This document shows, piece after piece, positions 10,149 to 20,002 of a DNA stretch of 60,043 nucleotides. Position 1 is the stretch's first letter. Every line of letters starts with the position of its first letter. Position numbers and translations under genes: made by a program. Origin of the DNA: Candidatus Nomurabacteria bacterium. Its GTDB lineage: Bacteria; Patescibacteriota; Minisyncoccia; Phycocordibacterales; UBA9973. Where the stretch lies: NCBI GenBank assembly GCA_943350445.1, contig CALRAE010000004.1, positions 1 to 60,043 on the forward strand. The letters run 5' to 3'. The notes beneath the pieces were generated by a model that saw nothing but the letters and a program-made list of their open reading frames with translations, searched no databases and had not been told where the DNA came from.

Positions 10149-11729
10149 CTAGCTATTCACCTTTGGTCGATACTGTATCGCCTCGAGGATGTGGTTCGCC
10201 TCGACATCCGGAGAATTTTCGAGGTCAGCTATAGTGCGAGCAATTTTGATGACTCGATGGTAGGCACGGGCGGATAGGGCAAGACGTTCAGCGCTATCGT
10301 CTAGCACATCTCGCACGACTGTTTTGAGTTTTACCATCGTAGACAAATCTTTGGCATTCATTTCACTGTTAGTACTAATTTCTCTACCTAATTTTTTAAA
10401 TCTATTTTTCTGATTTTCCCGCGCGGTTATTACCCTCGCCTTAATCCTCTCACTCCTATCGCCGGTGCCCTCGCCCCCGAGCTTTTTATAATCAACATTG
10501 CCAACTGACACCCACAAATCAATGCGGTCCATGATCGGTCCAGATAATTTTCTTTTGTATCTATCCAAGTCAGACGGTTTACAAATGCAAGCCTTTGCTT
10601 TACTCCCAGCATTACCACAAGGACAAGGATTCATCGCTGCCACGAGAATAAAGTTCGATGGGAAGATGGCTGAGCCACGTGCACGAGAAATAGAGACGAT
10701 GTTGTCTTCGAGCGGTTGTCGCAGTGATTCTATTACACGTTTCTCAAACTCTGGAAACTCATCAAGAAAAAGAACTCCTCTGTGCGCAAGTGTCACTTCC
10801 CCCGGCTTTGGGAACGTTCCTCCTCCGATTAACGAAACATATGACGAAGTGTGATGCGGAGCACGAAATGGAGGAAAACAGATTAACTCACGGGTTAAAT
10901 TTCCCGCCACCGAGTGAATACCAGTTATTTCCAAAACTTCATCAGTATTCAAGTCCGGTAGTAATCCGGAAAAAACTCTCGCCAGCATCGTCTTGCCAGT
11001 TCCAGGCGGACCATACATGGCGATGTTGTGACCACCAGCGGCCGCTATCTCTAGCCCGCGTTTAGCGCCTTCTTGTCCACGAATATCAGAGAAGTCACCT
11101 ATCTTTGTTTCACGGGTGTAATTTATTTTTGTCTTTGGTTGAGCAATTATTTTCCTTCCCGACGCTCCGACTTTGTCGGAGGCCGGGATCCCGACTCGCT
11201 TAGACGTCGGGACATCAATATGCTCTATGACTTCTTTTAAACTACCAGCACCAAAAATCGTGATGCCTTCCACTAATGCCGCCTCAACTGCATTTTCTTT
11301 TGGCAAATAAATTTCTTTGAAGCCTTGCTTCTTGGCTTCCTGAACCAGTGGCAAAGAACCTCGAATACTTCGAAGTGTCCCATCGAGACCAAGTTCACCC
11401 AGAAAAATCTTCTTTTCTGAATTAAATTTAATATCCCCCGATGCTTTCAGGTATGCAATGGCAATAGCCAAGTCAAAAAACGGTCCTTCCTTTTTTAAAT
11501 CAGCCGGTGAAAGCGATACGATTATTTTTTGATTCTTTGCCTTTGGAGATTTGAAGCCAGAATTTTTTATGGCTCCGCTGACTCTGTCCTTGGATTCATC
11601 GACGGCTTTGTCCGGCAAGCCCACCACGTTAAAAGCATGAAGTGTGCCTTTTGTAATGTCCACCTCAATCGTCACAATAGTACCCACGAGTAGGTGCACT
11701 TGCGCTGAATATACTTTTGCAAAACTCAT
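10149..11729 (-). CDS. comM: YifB/ComM Mg-chelatase-like AAA+ ATPase
   Basis: VGLPDKAVDES, GPPGTGKT, PFRAPHH, LFLDEFPEF, AAMNPCPCG. Confidence 0.93.
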   Translation of the reverse strand: MSFAKVYSAQVHLLVGTIVTIEVDITKGTLHAFNVVGLPDKAVDESKDRVSGAIKNSGFKSPKAKNQKIIVSLSPADLKKEGPFFDLAIAIAYLKASGDIKFNSEKKIFLGELGLDGTLRSIRGSLPLVQEAKKQGFKEIYLPKENAVEAALVEGITIFGAGSLKEVIEHIDVPTSKRVGIPASDKVGASGRKIIAQPKTKINYTRETKIGDFSDIRGQEGAKRGLEIAAAGGHNIAMYGPPGTGKTMLARVFSGLLPDLNTDEVLEITGIHSVAGNLTRELICFPPFRAPHHTSSYVSLIGGGTFPKPGEVTLAHRGVLFLDEFPEFEKRVIESLRQPLEDNIVSISRARGSAIFPSNFILVAAMNPCPCGNAGSKAKACICKPSDLDRYKRKLSGPIMDRIDLWVSVGNVDYKKLGGEGTGDRSERIKARVITARENQKNRFKKLGREISTNSEMNAKDLSTMVKLKTVVRDVLDDSAERLALSARAYHRVIKIARTIADLENSPDVEANHILEAIQYRPKVNS

Positions 11730-11730
11730 A

Positions 11731-12087
11731 TTAACTTTCTAAATGTGTCTTACAAGTCAGAGCGGCAGGGTTGGCTTCTAGGCGGTCATTTTCGATATTT
11801 TTCTTACATACTTCACATTTCCCAAAAGATTCTTTATTCAAATTCTTCAGTGCTCTTAAAATATTATTTAACCGAGGCTCTAAAGTTTTCAGCATAGAAC
11901 TGCGGGCCTCAAAATCTTCAAATTTATCTGCTAGATCGTTTAGATCAGATTCTGGAAAATCAGACTTGGCTGGCATGGCTTCCCACTCACTTGTTTCTGG
12001 ATTAAGTTTACCCATATCACGAAGCTCTTCAATGAGTACATCCCGCTCTTTCTCTAATTGTTCTTTAATTTTTGCTTTGTTAGGCAT
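11731..12087 (-). CDS. TraR/DksA C4 zinc-finger protein
   Basis: GKCEVC...RLEANPAALTCKTH. Confidence 0.88.
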   Translation of the reverse strand: MPNKAKIKEQLEKERDVLIEELRDMGKLNPETSEWEAMPAKSDFPESDLNDLADKFEDFEARSSMLKTLEPRLNNILRALKNLNKESFGKCEVCKKNIENDRLEANPAALTCKTHLES

Positions 12088-12149
12088 ATTTCAATAATAA
12101 CACTTTAGGACTGGAGGGCAAGCCCAAACCCAAACTTTATGCTAAAATC

Positions 12150-13226
12150 ATGTTTACACACATGTTATACAAACACGACAATAATTACACAGTAGAAAGC
12201 GTGACTTCCGGACATCCAGACAAGGTCTGCGACCAAATTTCAGATGCTATTTTAGATGCGTATTTAGCTCTAGACCCAAAGAGTCGAGTTGCAGTTGAAA
12301 CCTTCGGCGGACACGGCAAGTTAGTCATCGGTGGTGAAGTCACCTCAAAAGGAGAAGTGGACTATGTAGAGATCGCTCGTGAAGTTTATAAAAATATTGG
12401 TTACGGAGATAAACTTGAAATATCTGCACATATCGTAACCCAATCCCCCGACATAGCTCTCGGAGTGGACACTGGAGGAGCTGGCGACCAGGGAGTAATG
12501 TACGGATTCGCAACAGACGAAACACCTGAATACTTACCAAAAGGTGTCGTCCTTGCTCACAAGCTTGCAAAAAAATTAGAAGAAGCGAGAAAGTCTGGAG
12601 AAATTGCTTGGTTGCGGCCTGATGGCAAAACACAAGTGACTTATGCTGATGGTAAATTATATACGGTCTTAGTCAGCACACAACACGCACCAGAAATTAA
12701 ATTAGAGGAAGTAAAAAAAGAAATTACAGAAAAAATTATATATCCCTTACTCTCAGAAACAGAAAAGAAAGATGTAAAAATAATCGTAAACCCGACAGGA
12801 AAATTCGTGGCTGGAGGCTTTGAAGCAGACACAGGCCTCACTGGCAGAAAAATAATGGTAGACACTTATGGTGGAATTATTCCACACGGTGGAGGATGTT
12901 TCTCTGGAAAAGATGCCACTAAAGTAGACCGTTCTGGGGCATATATGGCTCGTTTTGTAGCTAAAAATCTAGTGGCTTCCAGCTTTGGTAAGGAAGTGCT
13001 CGTGTCTGTGGCTTATGCCATCGGCATGGCTGAACCACTGATGATCGAAGCCATCAACGAAGACGGAAAAGACCTTTCTGAAATTGTTCGCAAGAATTTT
13101 GATTTCCGCCCTCTCGCCATTATTGAAAAACTTGGACTACGCAATCCGATCTTCCGCCAGACAGCCACCTACGGACACTTTGGTAAAGAGAATCTACCTT
13201 GGGAAAATATTGAGAAAATAAAGTAA
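12150..13226 (+). CDS. metK: S-adenosylmethionine synthetase
   Basis: ESVTSGHPDK, GAGDQG, GGGCFSGKD, YGHFG. Confidence 0.97.
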   Translation: MFTHMLYKHDNNYTVESVTSGHPDKVCDQISDAILDAYLALDPKSRVAVETFGGHGKLVIGGEVTSKGEVDYVEIAREVYKNIGYGDKLEISAHIVTQSPDIALGVDTGGAGDQGVMYGFATDETPEYLPKGVVLAHKLAKKLEEARKSGEIAWLRPDGKTQVTYADGKLYTVLVSTQHAPEIKLEEVKKEITEKIIYPLLSETEKKDVKIIVNPTGKFVAGGFEADTGLTGRKIMVDTYGGIIPHGGGCFSGKDATKVDRSGAYMARFVAKNLVASSFGKEVLVSVAYAIGMAEPLMIEAINEDGKDLSEIVRKNFDFRPLAIIEKLGLRNPIFRQTATYGHFGKENLPWENIEKIK

Positions 13227-13422
13227 ATTTCCTCTTATTTTAAGAAGCATCACTCGTGATCCAGATACATTAACAAAAATTCCAGATGATGCAGCTGGAC
13301 AAGAACGAATCCGCACTTTAAATAAACCAGATTTCCAAAGGCGCTTAGCAGAGCTAGCAATCAAACTGCGAAGAATAGAGAAGGTAAGGATGGCTCTCCT
13401 GGCAGAACTAAAACTATAATTT

Positions 13423-14310
13423 TTATTTTTTTATTTGACCCGAGAGAAGACGAAGTATTATCTCCCGTGCAGAATCTTCGGTATTGGTGATAATCACAGA
13501 GTCATTCTCAGCAAAGATATACATCATGACTATTTTTTTAGTTTGTTCGGTATCTTTTGTGTATAAAATACGGGCGTTTTTGTTCCCTATAATACCATCT
13601 TGGAATTCTGCAGTTAAAAGATATTTTGTATTAGAATTTATGTCCACCCCAAAGAATTCGTGCAAATTAAAGAACATTTTATTTTCCCAAGAACGCAAAG
13701 CATCAAAAATATCAGCAGTAGAACGCACCTTCAGTATTATAAAAAAATCCTTTCCATTGTTCTGCGCAGTCGACTTATTTTCGTTGTTCACAACACCTAG
13801 TAAGAAATTTTCTTTTACTAAAAGCGGGTTACTGTCTGTAATAAAGTTAGCCTTTATTAAATCAATAAACCTGCGAAGTCCAACAACTTTTTTATTTTCT
13901 GTCAGATAAGCACCCATCACTCCTCCGCTCTTTACAATTGTATTATTTACAGAATTCAAAACAGTCTTAAATATTGCATCTTTATTAAGTCCAGCAACTT
14001 CTAAAAATGTGCTTTGATCATTAAAAATAATAGGAGTAAATTGTTTCTGTAGTGCCACTGTATTATCCTCTTTATGAAAGAAGAATAGTAATAAAGTTCC
14101 GAAGCTTATCAAGATAAACAACAAACCAACTGTCATAAATATCCTGTTCTTTCTAGATTCAGGAGAGAGATTTCTCTTGTTTTCTTCATGCTCTTGCTCA
14201 CCATGAATTATTGTCTTTATCAGGCCCTCTCGATCATCTTGAATTACCTTCGCCATATCCTCAGCGTAGGTTTGGACAATTTTATTTTTTATTTCACTAT
14301 TTTTTTCCAT
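13423..14310 (-). CDS. Single-pass membrane protein of unknown function
   Basis: 295-aa ORF with one TM helix, overlapping the pnp stop. Confidence 0.8.
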   Translation of the reverse strand: MEKNSEIKNKIVQTYAEDMAKVIQDDREGLIKTIIHGEQEHEENKRNLSPESRKNRIFMTVGLLFILISFGTLLLFFFHKEDNTVALQKQFTPIIFNDQSTFLEVAGLNKDAIFKTVLNSVNNTIVKSGGVMGAYLTENKKVVGLRRFIDLIKANFITDSNPLLVKENFLLGVVNNENKSTAQNNGKDFFIILKVRSTADIFDALRSWENKMFFNLHEFFGVDINSNTKYLLTAEFQDGIIGNKNARILYTKDTEQTKKIVMMYIFAENDSVIITNTEDSAREIILRLLSGQIKK

Positions 14311-16444
14311 TAAAAAAATCTTTATCAGCTTCTTTGATTGAAAGAGCGATGCGGCCTCTTTCTCTATCTACAGATATGACTTTCACAGGGACAATCATAC
14401 CCTCCTTTATTATATCCGATACTCGTTCAACACGAAATGGGGCAAGCTCAGATATATGCACCATGCCATCAGTTGACGCATTTAGCCTTACAAATGCTCC
14501 GAAATCGGCTATTTTGACCACTTCACCCTTCAACATCTCTCCTGGCTGAAATTCATGAGTCATTTCTTCGATAATAGTCTTAGCCTTTTCTGCCGATCCA
14601 TCCTTGCCAGTCAGATATATGGTGCCATCATCCTCGATAGTTATTTCTGCACCACTTCTTTCTTTAATATCTTTAATTGTCTTACCTCCTCCACCGATGA
14701 CCATGCCGATCATGTCTGGTTTTATTTTGATGATAAGTATCTTTGGCGCATTCGCTGATATGTCTTTACGCGGAGCAGATATTTCTTTTTCAATAGTGTC
14801 TAAAATGATGAGACGAGCATTTTTTGCCTGCAACATCGCTTCACCAAGTATTTTTATCGGCACTCCTTCTACTTTTACATCGAGCTGTATCGCTGTGACA
14901 CCACTCCTTGTACCAGCAACTTTGAAATCCATATCACCGTGATGATCTTCGGGGCCCTGAATATCAGTTAGTATTTTGTATTTAAGATCTTGACTCTGCC
15001 CCTCGCCAGCTCGGGATTTCACTTCGCTCAACATCAGCCCCATCGCAATGCCTGCGACTGGCGCGACAATAGGCACACCACCATCCATGAGGGCGAGAGT
15101 CGAAGCACAAATAGAAGCTTGAGAAGTAGAACCATTTGATGCAAGTGATTCGGACACCACGCGTATGGTGTACGGAAAATCGGAAAGTTTTGGCAACACC
15201 ATCGCGAGAGCTTTTTCAGCTAGTGCGCCATGACCCACTTCTCGACGATTTGTAAATCCAGCTCTTCCTGTTTCACCAGAAGAATATGGTGGGAAATTGT
15301 AATGATGCATAAATCTTTTTTCCGCTTTCGTCTGCATTCCATCGATCATATGTCTGTCATCCGGACCCCCAAGTGTCAAAACAGAAAGGACGTGTGTACC
15401 ACCTCGATAAAATATTCCAGATCCATGTAAGACTTTTGAGACACCCCCAGCCTGGGCAAAAAGATCACGCACCTGATCCATCTTCCTCCCATCCGCTCGT
15501 TTGTTTTCTTCTATCGCTTTCTGATGCAGAATATCATTCTCTGTATCATCGAATAAATTATCTTCTAGTACAAAATCTTCTCTTTCTGGATATTTATCCG
15601 CCGCCATTTTGTTCCACACGGTGTGAAGCTCATCAATTTTTGTCTTACCTGCACCAGCAAAGATTGCGTCAGCCATTTTAGGTAAAATATTTTCGTTAAA
15701 TAATTTTACTGATTCTGGGTCTATAGTTTCTTTAGCAATAACTCTCTTGGCTTTGCCTATTTCTGCCACAATCTTTTTCTGGAAATTTTCTAGTTTAGTT
15801 ACCTCACCGCTTGCAACTTTTAAGGCCTCTTCCAACTCCCCTTCCAAAGTCTGGTGAGCTGAAGCTTCTATCATATTTATATTTCCATTTTTACCACAAA
15901 CAGTCAGGTCAAATTTATATTGAGAATCATCTTCACGAAGTTTTTGCGAAGGATTTATCTTTAGGGTCTCGTCATCATACTTGCCGATACGAACACAACC
16001 TATAGGACCATTCCAAGGAATATTTGAAACTGCGAGCGCGAGCGAAGCAGCATTCACTGCTAAAATTGTCGGATCATTATCATCTACAGAAATAACCGTC
16101 ACTATCACTTGGACGGCATGACGAATAGATTGATCAAAAAGCGGACGAAGAGTTCGGTCAATCACACGACTTGCAAGTATCGCATCCTCGCTTGGCTTGC
16201 CTTCCCTCTTCACAAATTTTGAACCAGAAATTTTACCAGAAGCGTAAAACTTTTCCATATAGTCTACTGTCAAATTAAAAAACCCAAGCCCTTTTTGTTT
16301 GTCGTGAGACATACAGACAGTCGCGAGGACTATTGTCTCACCATATTTCAACATCACTGACCCGTGAGCTTGTTCTGCTAAGTCAGTAAAAATAGCAGTT
16401 AAATTCTTTCCACCGATTTCTAAACTATATTCTTTTTTTTGCAT
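14297..16444 (-). CDS. pnp: Polyribonucleotide nucleotidyltransferase
   Basis: RREVGHGALA, SNGSTSQAS, GDMDFKVAGT, KH and S1 domains. Confidence 0.98.
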   Translation of the reverse strand: MQKKEYSLEIGGKNLTAIFTDLAEQAHGSVMLKYGETIVLATVCMSHDKQKGLGFFNLTVDYMEKFYASGKISGSKFVKREGKPSEDAILASRVIDRTLRPLFDQSIRHAVQVIVTVISVDDNDPTILAVNAASLALAVSNIPWNGPIGCVRIGKYDDETLKINPSQKLREDDSQYKFDLTVCGKNGNINMIEASAHQTLEGELEEALKVASGEVTKLENFQKKIVAEIGKAKRVIAKETIDPESVKLFNENILPKMADAIFAGAGKTKIDELHTVWNKMAADKYPEREDFVLEDNLFDDTENDILHQKAIEENKRADGRKMDQVRDLFAQAGGVSKVLHGSGIFYRGGTHVLSVLTLGGPDDRHMIDGMQTKAEKRFMHHYNFPPYSSGETGRAGFTNRREVGHGALAEKALAMVLPKLSDFPYTIRVVSESLASNGSTSQASICASTLALMDGGVPIVAPVAGIAMGLMLSEVKSRAGEGQSQDLKYKILTDIQGPEDHHGDMDFKVAGTRSGVTAIQLDVKVEGVPIKILGEAMLQAKNARLIILDTIEKEISAPRKDISANAPKILIIKIKPDMIGMVIGGGGKTIKDIKERSGAEITIEDDGTIYLTGKDGSAEKAKTIIEEMTHEFQPGEMLKGEVVKIADFGAFVRLNASTDGMVHISELAPFRVERVSDIIKEGMIVPVKVISVDRERGRIALSIKEADKDFFNGKK

Positions 16445-16595
16445 TTTGTTAGGCTCCCCTTCAGACTAAAGTATTGTTCCTGATTAACATCAGTTAGAAC
16501 AAAACTGCATGTCTGAAGATGAACGGATTAACTATTAATGTGCTTGTAATGCTAGCATTTTTAGAAGAAAAAGCAATGAAAAACCACGTTATTAA

Positions 16596-17105
16596 CTATT
16601 TCGCTCCCATCAAATACTTTCGAGGATTTTCACCGAGATCTAGGAAGTCGTCTACAACTTCGCGAAGCTTGCCTGAGGTTGATTTGCCAAATGAAACTAC
16701 TTCAACTTGGACACCGCTGGTTTGTAGATATTCCACGAGTGGCACGAAGTCTCCGTCCCCAGAAACTATTATCACTGTATCGAGGCGAGGCGACATCTTG
16801 ATAGCATCCACCGTGAGGCCCACATCCCAGTCCCCCTTTTTAGTTCCTGTATGAAAAATTTGTAAATCTTTTGTTTTAGTTTCGATGCCAAGCTTGGTCA
16901 ATGCCTCAAAGAAATTCTTTTCGTCACCCGCTTCAGTCGTAATGACGTATGCCACCGCGCGCACCAGAGCTCTGCCGGCTACTGCATCCTTTAAGACCGC
17001 ACCGAAATTCACCCGTGCCTGATATAAGTTGCGAGCACAATGGTATAAATTCTGAGTATCGATAAAAACCCCAACTCTTTGTTCTTTATGTTTTATTACT
17101 GTCAT
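16596..17105 (-). CDS. NYN-domain (LabA/DUF88) protein
   Basis: VFIDTQN, KGDWDV, VSGDGDFVP. Confidence 0.92.
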   Translation of the reverse strand: MTVIKHKEQRVGVFIDTQNLYHCARNLYQARVNFGAVLKDAVAGRALVRAVAYVITTEAGDEKNFFEALTKLGIETKTKDLQIFHTGTKKGDWDVGLTVDAIKMSPRLDTVIIVSGDGDFVPLVEYLQTSGVQVEVVSFGKSTSGKLREVVDDFLDLGENPRKYLMGAK

Positions 17106-17124
17106 ATGTATATTGTAGCATTTT

Positions 17125-17264
17125 TAAAATTTGTCGCAGGCAAAAACTCTTTCTTGGCATAACTTTTTATAAAGCAATCTATCTGGCGCTGGTGCGCCAG
17201 CGAACTGCTCGGCGCGCCCGCCTGCGCAAGGCTTTCTAAAAAGTACGCCTGCGACGAGTTTTTA
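17125..17264. repeat. Long hairpin element, family B
   Basis: Arms tgtcgcaggc/gcctgcgacg and actttttataaagc/gctttctaaaaagt; inner hairpin ctggcgc-tggt-gcgccag; core ctcggcgcgcccgcctgcg. Confidence 0.75.
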
Positions 17265-17525
17265 AACGAGTTCAATCTTCTTCATCAAAGCGTTGTAGCG
17301 AGCTTTGCTTGTTCTCTCTAAATATTTCAAATGAGTACGTCGATCAGCCACCATCTTGATGAGGCCTCGGCGAGAGTGATTATCCTTTTTATGCTTTTTT
17401 AAATGCTTCGCTAATTCATCGATTGCGGCAGAAATAACAGCCACCTGCACCTCTGGAGAGCCTGTATCCTTGTCGTGAATCTGATTTTTCTTAATAATTG
17501 TCTGCTTTTTCTTGGTTGCTAACAT
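17262..17525 (-). CDS. rpsO: 30S ribosomal protein S15
   Basis: DTGSPEVQVA, HKKDNHSRRGL. Confidence 0.97.
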   Translation of the reverse strand: MLATKKKQTIIKKNQIHDKDTGSPEVQVAVISAAIDELAKHLKKHKKDNHSRRGLIKMVADRRTHLKYLERTSKARYNALMKKIELV

Positions 17526-17644
17526 GTGCATATATTAGCATAAACCACGGAAAAATGCAAGAAGTTAGCCAAAATTTGTTGTTTAGAAAGCCTTGCGCAA
17601 GGGTTCTAAAACATTACTTTTAGTTTTTGTGTTATCATTTTAGT

Positions 17645-18448
17645 ATGAAAATAATGTCTTGGAATGTAAACGGAATACGCGCAGTGCACAAGAAGGGACT
17701 CTTTGTGCCTTTTATTGAGAAACACCAGCCAGACATCTTGTGCTTACAAGAGACCAAGGCACAGCAACATCAAAGCGAAGTTGATTTACCTGAGTATGAA
17801 GAATACTGGAATTCAGCAGAAAAAAAAGGTTACAGTGGCACAGCAATTTTTACAAAAAAATCTCTTGGAAAACCCCTTTCCGTCATGCTCGGTCTACCAG
17901 AAAAAATTGCAAAGAAATATAATCTAAAAGATGATGAATATGGCAATCCAAACACTGAAGGTCGCGTCATTGCCCTAGAATATGAAAAGTTTTATGTAGT
18001 TAGCGTCTACACTCCGAATACCAAAGACGACCTGTCTCGTATGCCACTACGTCATAAACAATGGGATCCAGCGTTTTTAGTATATATGAAGGAATTAGAA
18101 AAAAATAAACCTGTCATATTCTGTGGAGACTTGAATGTAGCCCACACAAAAGACGACCTCGCTCGCCCGAAAGAAAATGTCGGTAATAAAGGATTCACAG
18201 ATGAAGAACGTGAAGGGATACAAAATATCGTAGAAGCTGGATTTGTAGACACTTTCCGCCTATTCACCAAAGGCAACGGACACTATAGTTGGTGGAGTCA
18301 TTTTGCGAATGCCCGAGCAAGAAACATCGGCTGGAGAATTGATTATATTTTTGTCAGTTCAAAACTAGCCAAAAAAATAGAAAGCGCCAAAATCTTCCCC
18401 GAAGTCCTAGGCTCCGACCACTGCCCTGTGTCAGTAGAAATCTTCTAG
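17645..18448 (+). CDS. xth: Exodeoxyribonuclease III
   Basis: SWNVNGIRA, LQETK, GDLNVAH, GWRIDY, SDHCP. Confidence 0.96.
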   Translation: MKIMSWNVNGIRAVHKKGLFVPFIEKHQPDILCLQETKAQQHQSEVDLPEYEEYWNSAEKKGYSGTAIFTKKSLGKPLSVMLGLPEKIAKKYNLKDDEYGNPNTEGRVIALEYEKFYVVSVYTPNTKDDLSRMPLRHKQWDPAFLVYMKELEKNKPVIFCGDLNVAHTKDDLARPKENVGNKGFTDEEREGIQNIVEAGFVDTFRLFTKGNGHYSWWSHFANARARNIGWRIDYIFVSSKLAKKIESAKIFPEVLGSDHCPVSVEIF

Positions 18449-18474
18449 AAAAAGTTTCAAAGTATATAAAAAGG

Positions 18475-18519
18475 AAAACCGCTCTTGCGAACGGAATTCC
18501 GTGCTTGAGCGGTTTTTTT
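18475..18519. terminator. Terminator between convergent genes
   Basis: aaaaccgctc...gagcggtttttt. Confidence 0.7.
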
Positions 18520-19006
18520 ACTTTTGCGGATAGAAGACACGATGCCCATACCCGGCAGGCCAAACATCATCGTGGGAGAGCTTGCAGACGTGGTAGATGT
18601 CAGGCGGACCATCGTCACTCACGTCCACGAAAGCGACCAAGCCACCTTCCATCTCAAAGAAGTTGCCGTTCGGCCCGAGCTTGTCCTTGTGTTTCGTGGC
18701 GAAAACTAGAGCTTCTTCTTTGTTCTTCCAATACCGACGTTTTTCGCCGATATCTCCGAACATCTGTTGGAAGGTTGCATTCTTGGCCAACTCGTAAATG
18801 ACGATTGTGACATTGCCAAAGTTTATAACCTCTTTCGCGAACAGTCGCTTGAGGTAAACTTTTACCTCAGCAACTCCATCCACGATAGTCTGCAGAAGAT
18901 CCGCAACCTTTTCGGGATCGCGAACTCCGTCCATGACCATCTTGCAGATCATAGCCCAGAGCTTCCACAGCCGTTCGTAGACACCGACTTTCGTTTCATT
19001 ACTCAT
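18518..19006 (-). CDS. Hypothetical protein; appears more GC-rich than its neighbours
   Basis: ORF with its own promoter TTGACT-N17-TATAAT near 19111-19139; start placed at MSNETK. Confidence 0.7.
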   Translation of the reverse strand: MSNETKVGVYERLWKLWAMICKMVMDGVRDPEKVADLLQTIVDGVAEVKVYLKRLFAKEVINFGNVTIVIYELAKNATFQQMFGDIGEKRRYWKNKEEALVFATKHKDKLGPNGNFFEMEGGLVAFVDVSDDGPPDIYHVCKLSHDDVWPAGYGHRVFYPQK

Positions 19007-19247
19007 GATGTTTTGCCTTTGCTTTTGACGAACATTCACCCGTTACTCACAGGTATATTCCGAGTGCCTCGGATAGGTTGCAGGAACTCCTGCGTTGTTT
19101 ATTCATATATATTATATACCTTTTAGAGTAAAAAGTCAAGCAAAAATGGGTCATGTACACAAATTATAAGGGGGTTTTATTAAAAATAATAAATTCTCTT
19201 AAAAATTTTATTTCCAGAATTTTCAACCATGTGTTATTATTCTAACC

Positions 19248-19889
19248 ATGAATCATGCAAGATTAGACCAACTTTCAGACGGAATATTTGCAATAGTTAT
19301 GACCGTCCTCGTTTTTCAAATCGAGCTTCCACCAATATGGGGACCGATAGATAATGCTGGACTTTGGAATGAAATTGAAAAATTGTTGCCCTTACTTCTC
19401 TCCTATATCCTAAGCTTCGCCCTCCTCTTCACCTATTGGCGCGCGCATCATTTCTTTATTTCTGTATACGCGAAAAATGTAGATTCAAAATTGATAAATA
19501 TAAATGCAATCTTTCTCATGTTTATCAGCCTTGTTCCCTTTTCAGCAAGCATCCTCGGCCAATTCAGTGAAAACGAACTCTCTGTCATAATATTCGGCAC
19601 ACATATAATACTGATAGGCCTATGCCTGTATTGGATGCGCCGATATGTCATATATTCTGAACACATCCAAAATCCAGAAATAAGTAAGCATGAAATACGT
19701 GGTAGTACTGTGCGAACTATTGTCCCCGTCTTATTTGCGCTTATAGCCATACCGCTTTCTTTTGTTAGCGTAAAGCTTTCACTCACCCTATTCACATTAG
19801 CAGTGATCTTCAACCTTTCTTCCTACAGCACGAAACTTTTCGAGAAAATATTAGACGTATTTCGTCCTTCTACTTCTATTGAGAGCTAG
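19248..19889 (+). CDS. TMEM175-family (DUF1211) potassium channel
   Basis: RLDQLSDGIFAIVMT, YW..HH, six TM helices. Confidence 0.9.
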   Translation: MNHARLDQLSDGIFAIVMTVLVFQIELPPIWGPIDNAGLWNEIEKLLPLLLSYILSFALLFTYWRAHHFFISVYAKNVDSKLININAIFLMFISLVPFSASILGQFSENELSVIIFGTHIILIGLCLYWMRRYVIYSEHIQNPEISKHEIRGSTVRTIVPVLFALIAIPLSFVSVKLSLTLFTLAVIFNLSSYSTKLFEKILDVFRPSTSIES

Positions 19890-20002
19890 AATTTTTCAAC
19901 TCCTCATCTAGCCTCTTGGCCTCTACCCAAGCAAGCTCGTATATCTTTTTCATAGCGTCAGCTATTTCTGAGCTTGAAGGTTTCTTAAATAATTTTTACT
20001 TT

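Noticed and set aside
11106-11121. parS half-site in comM (tgtttcacgg)
   Set aside because: The right half does not match
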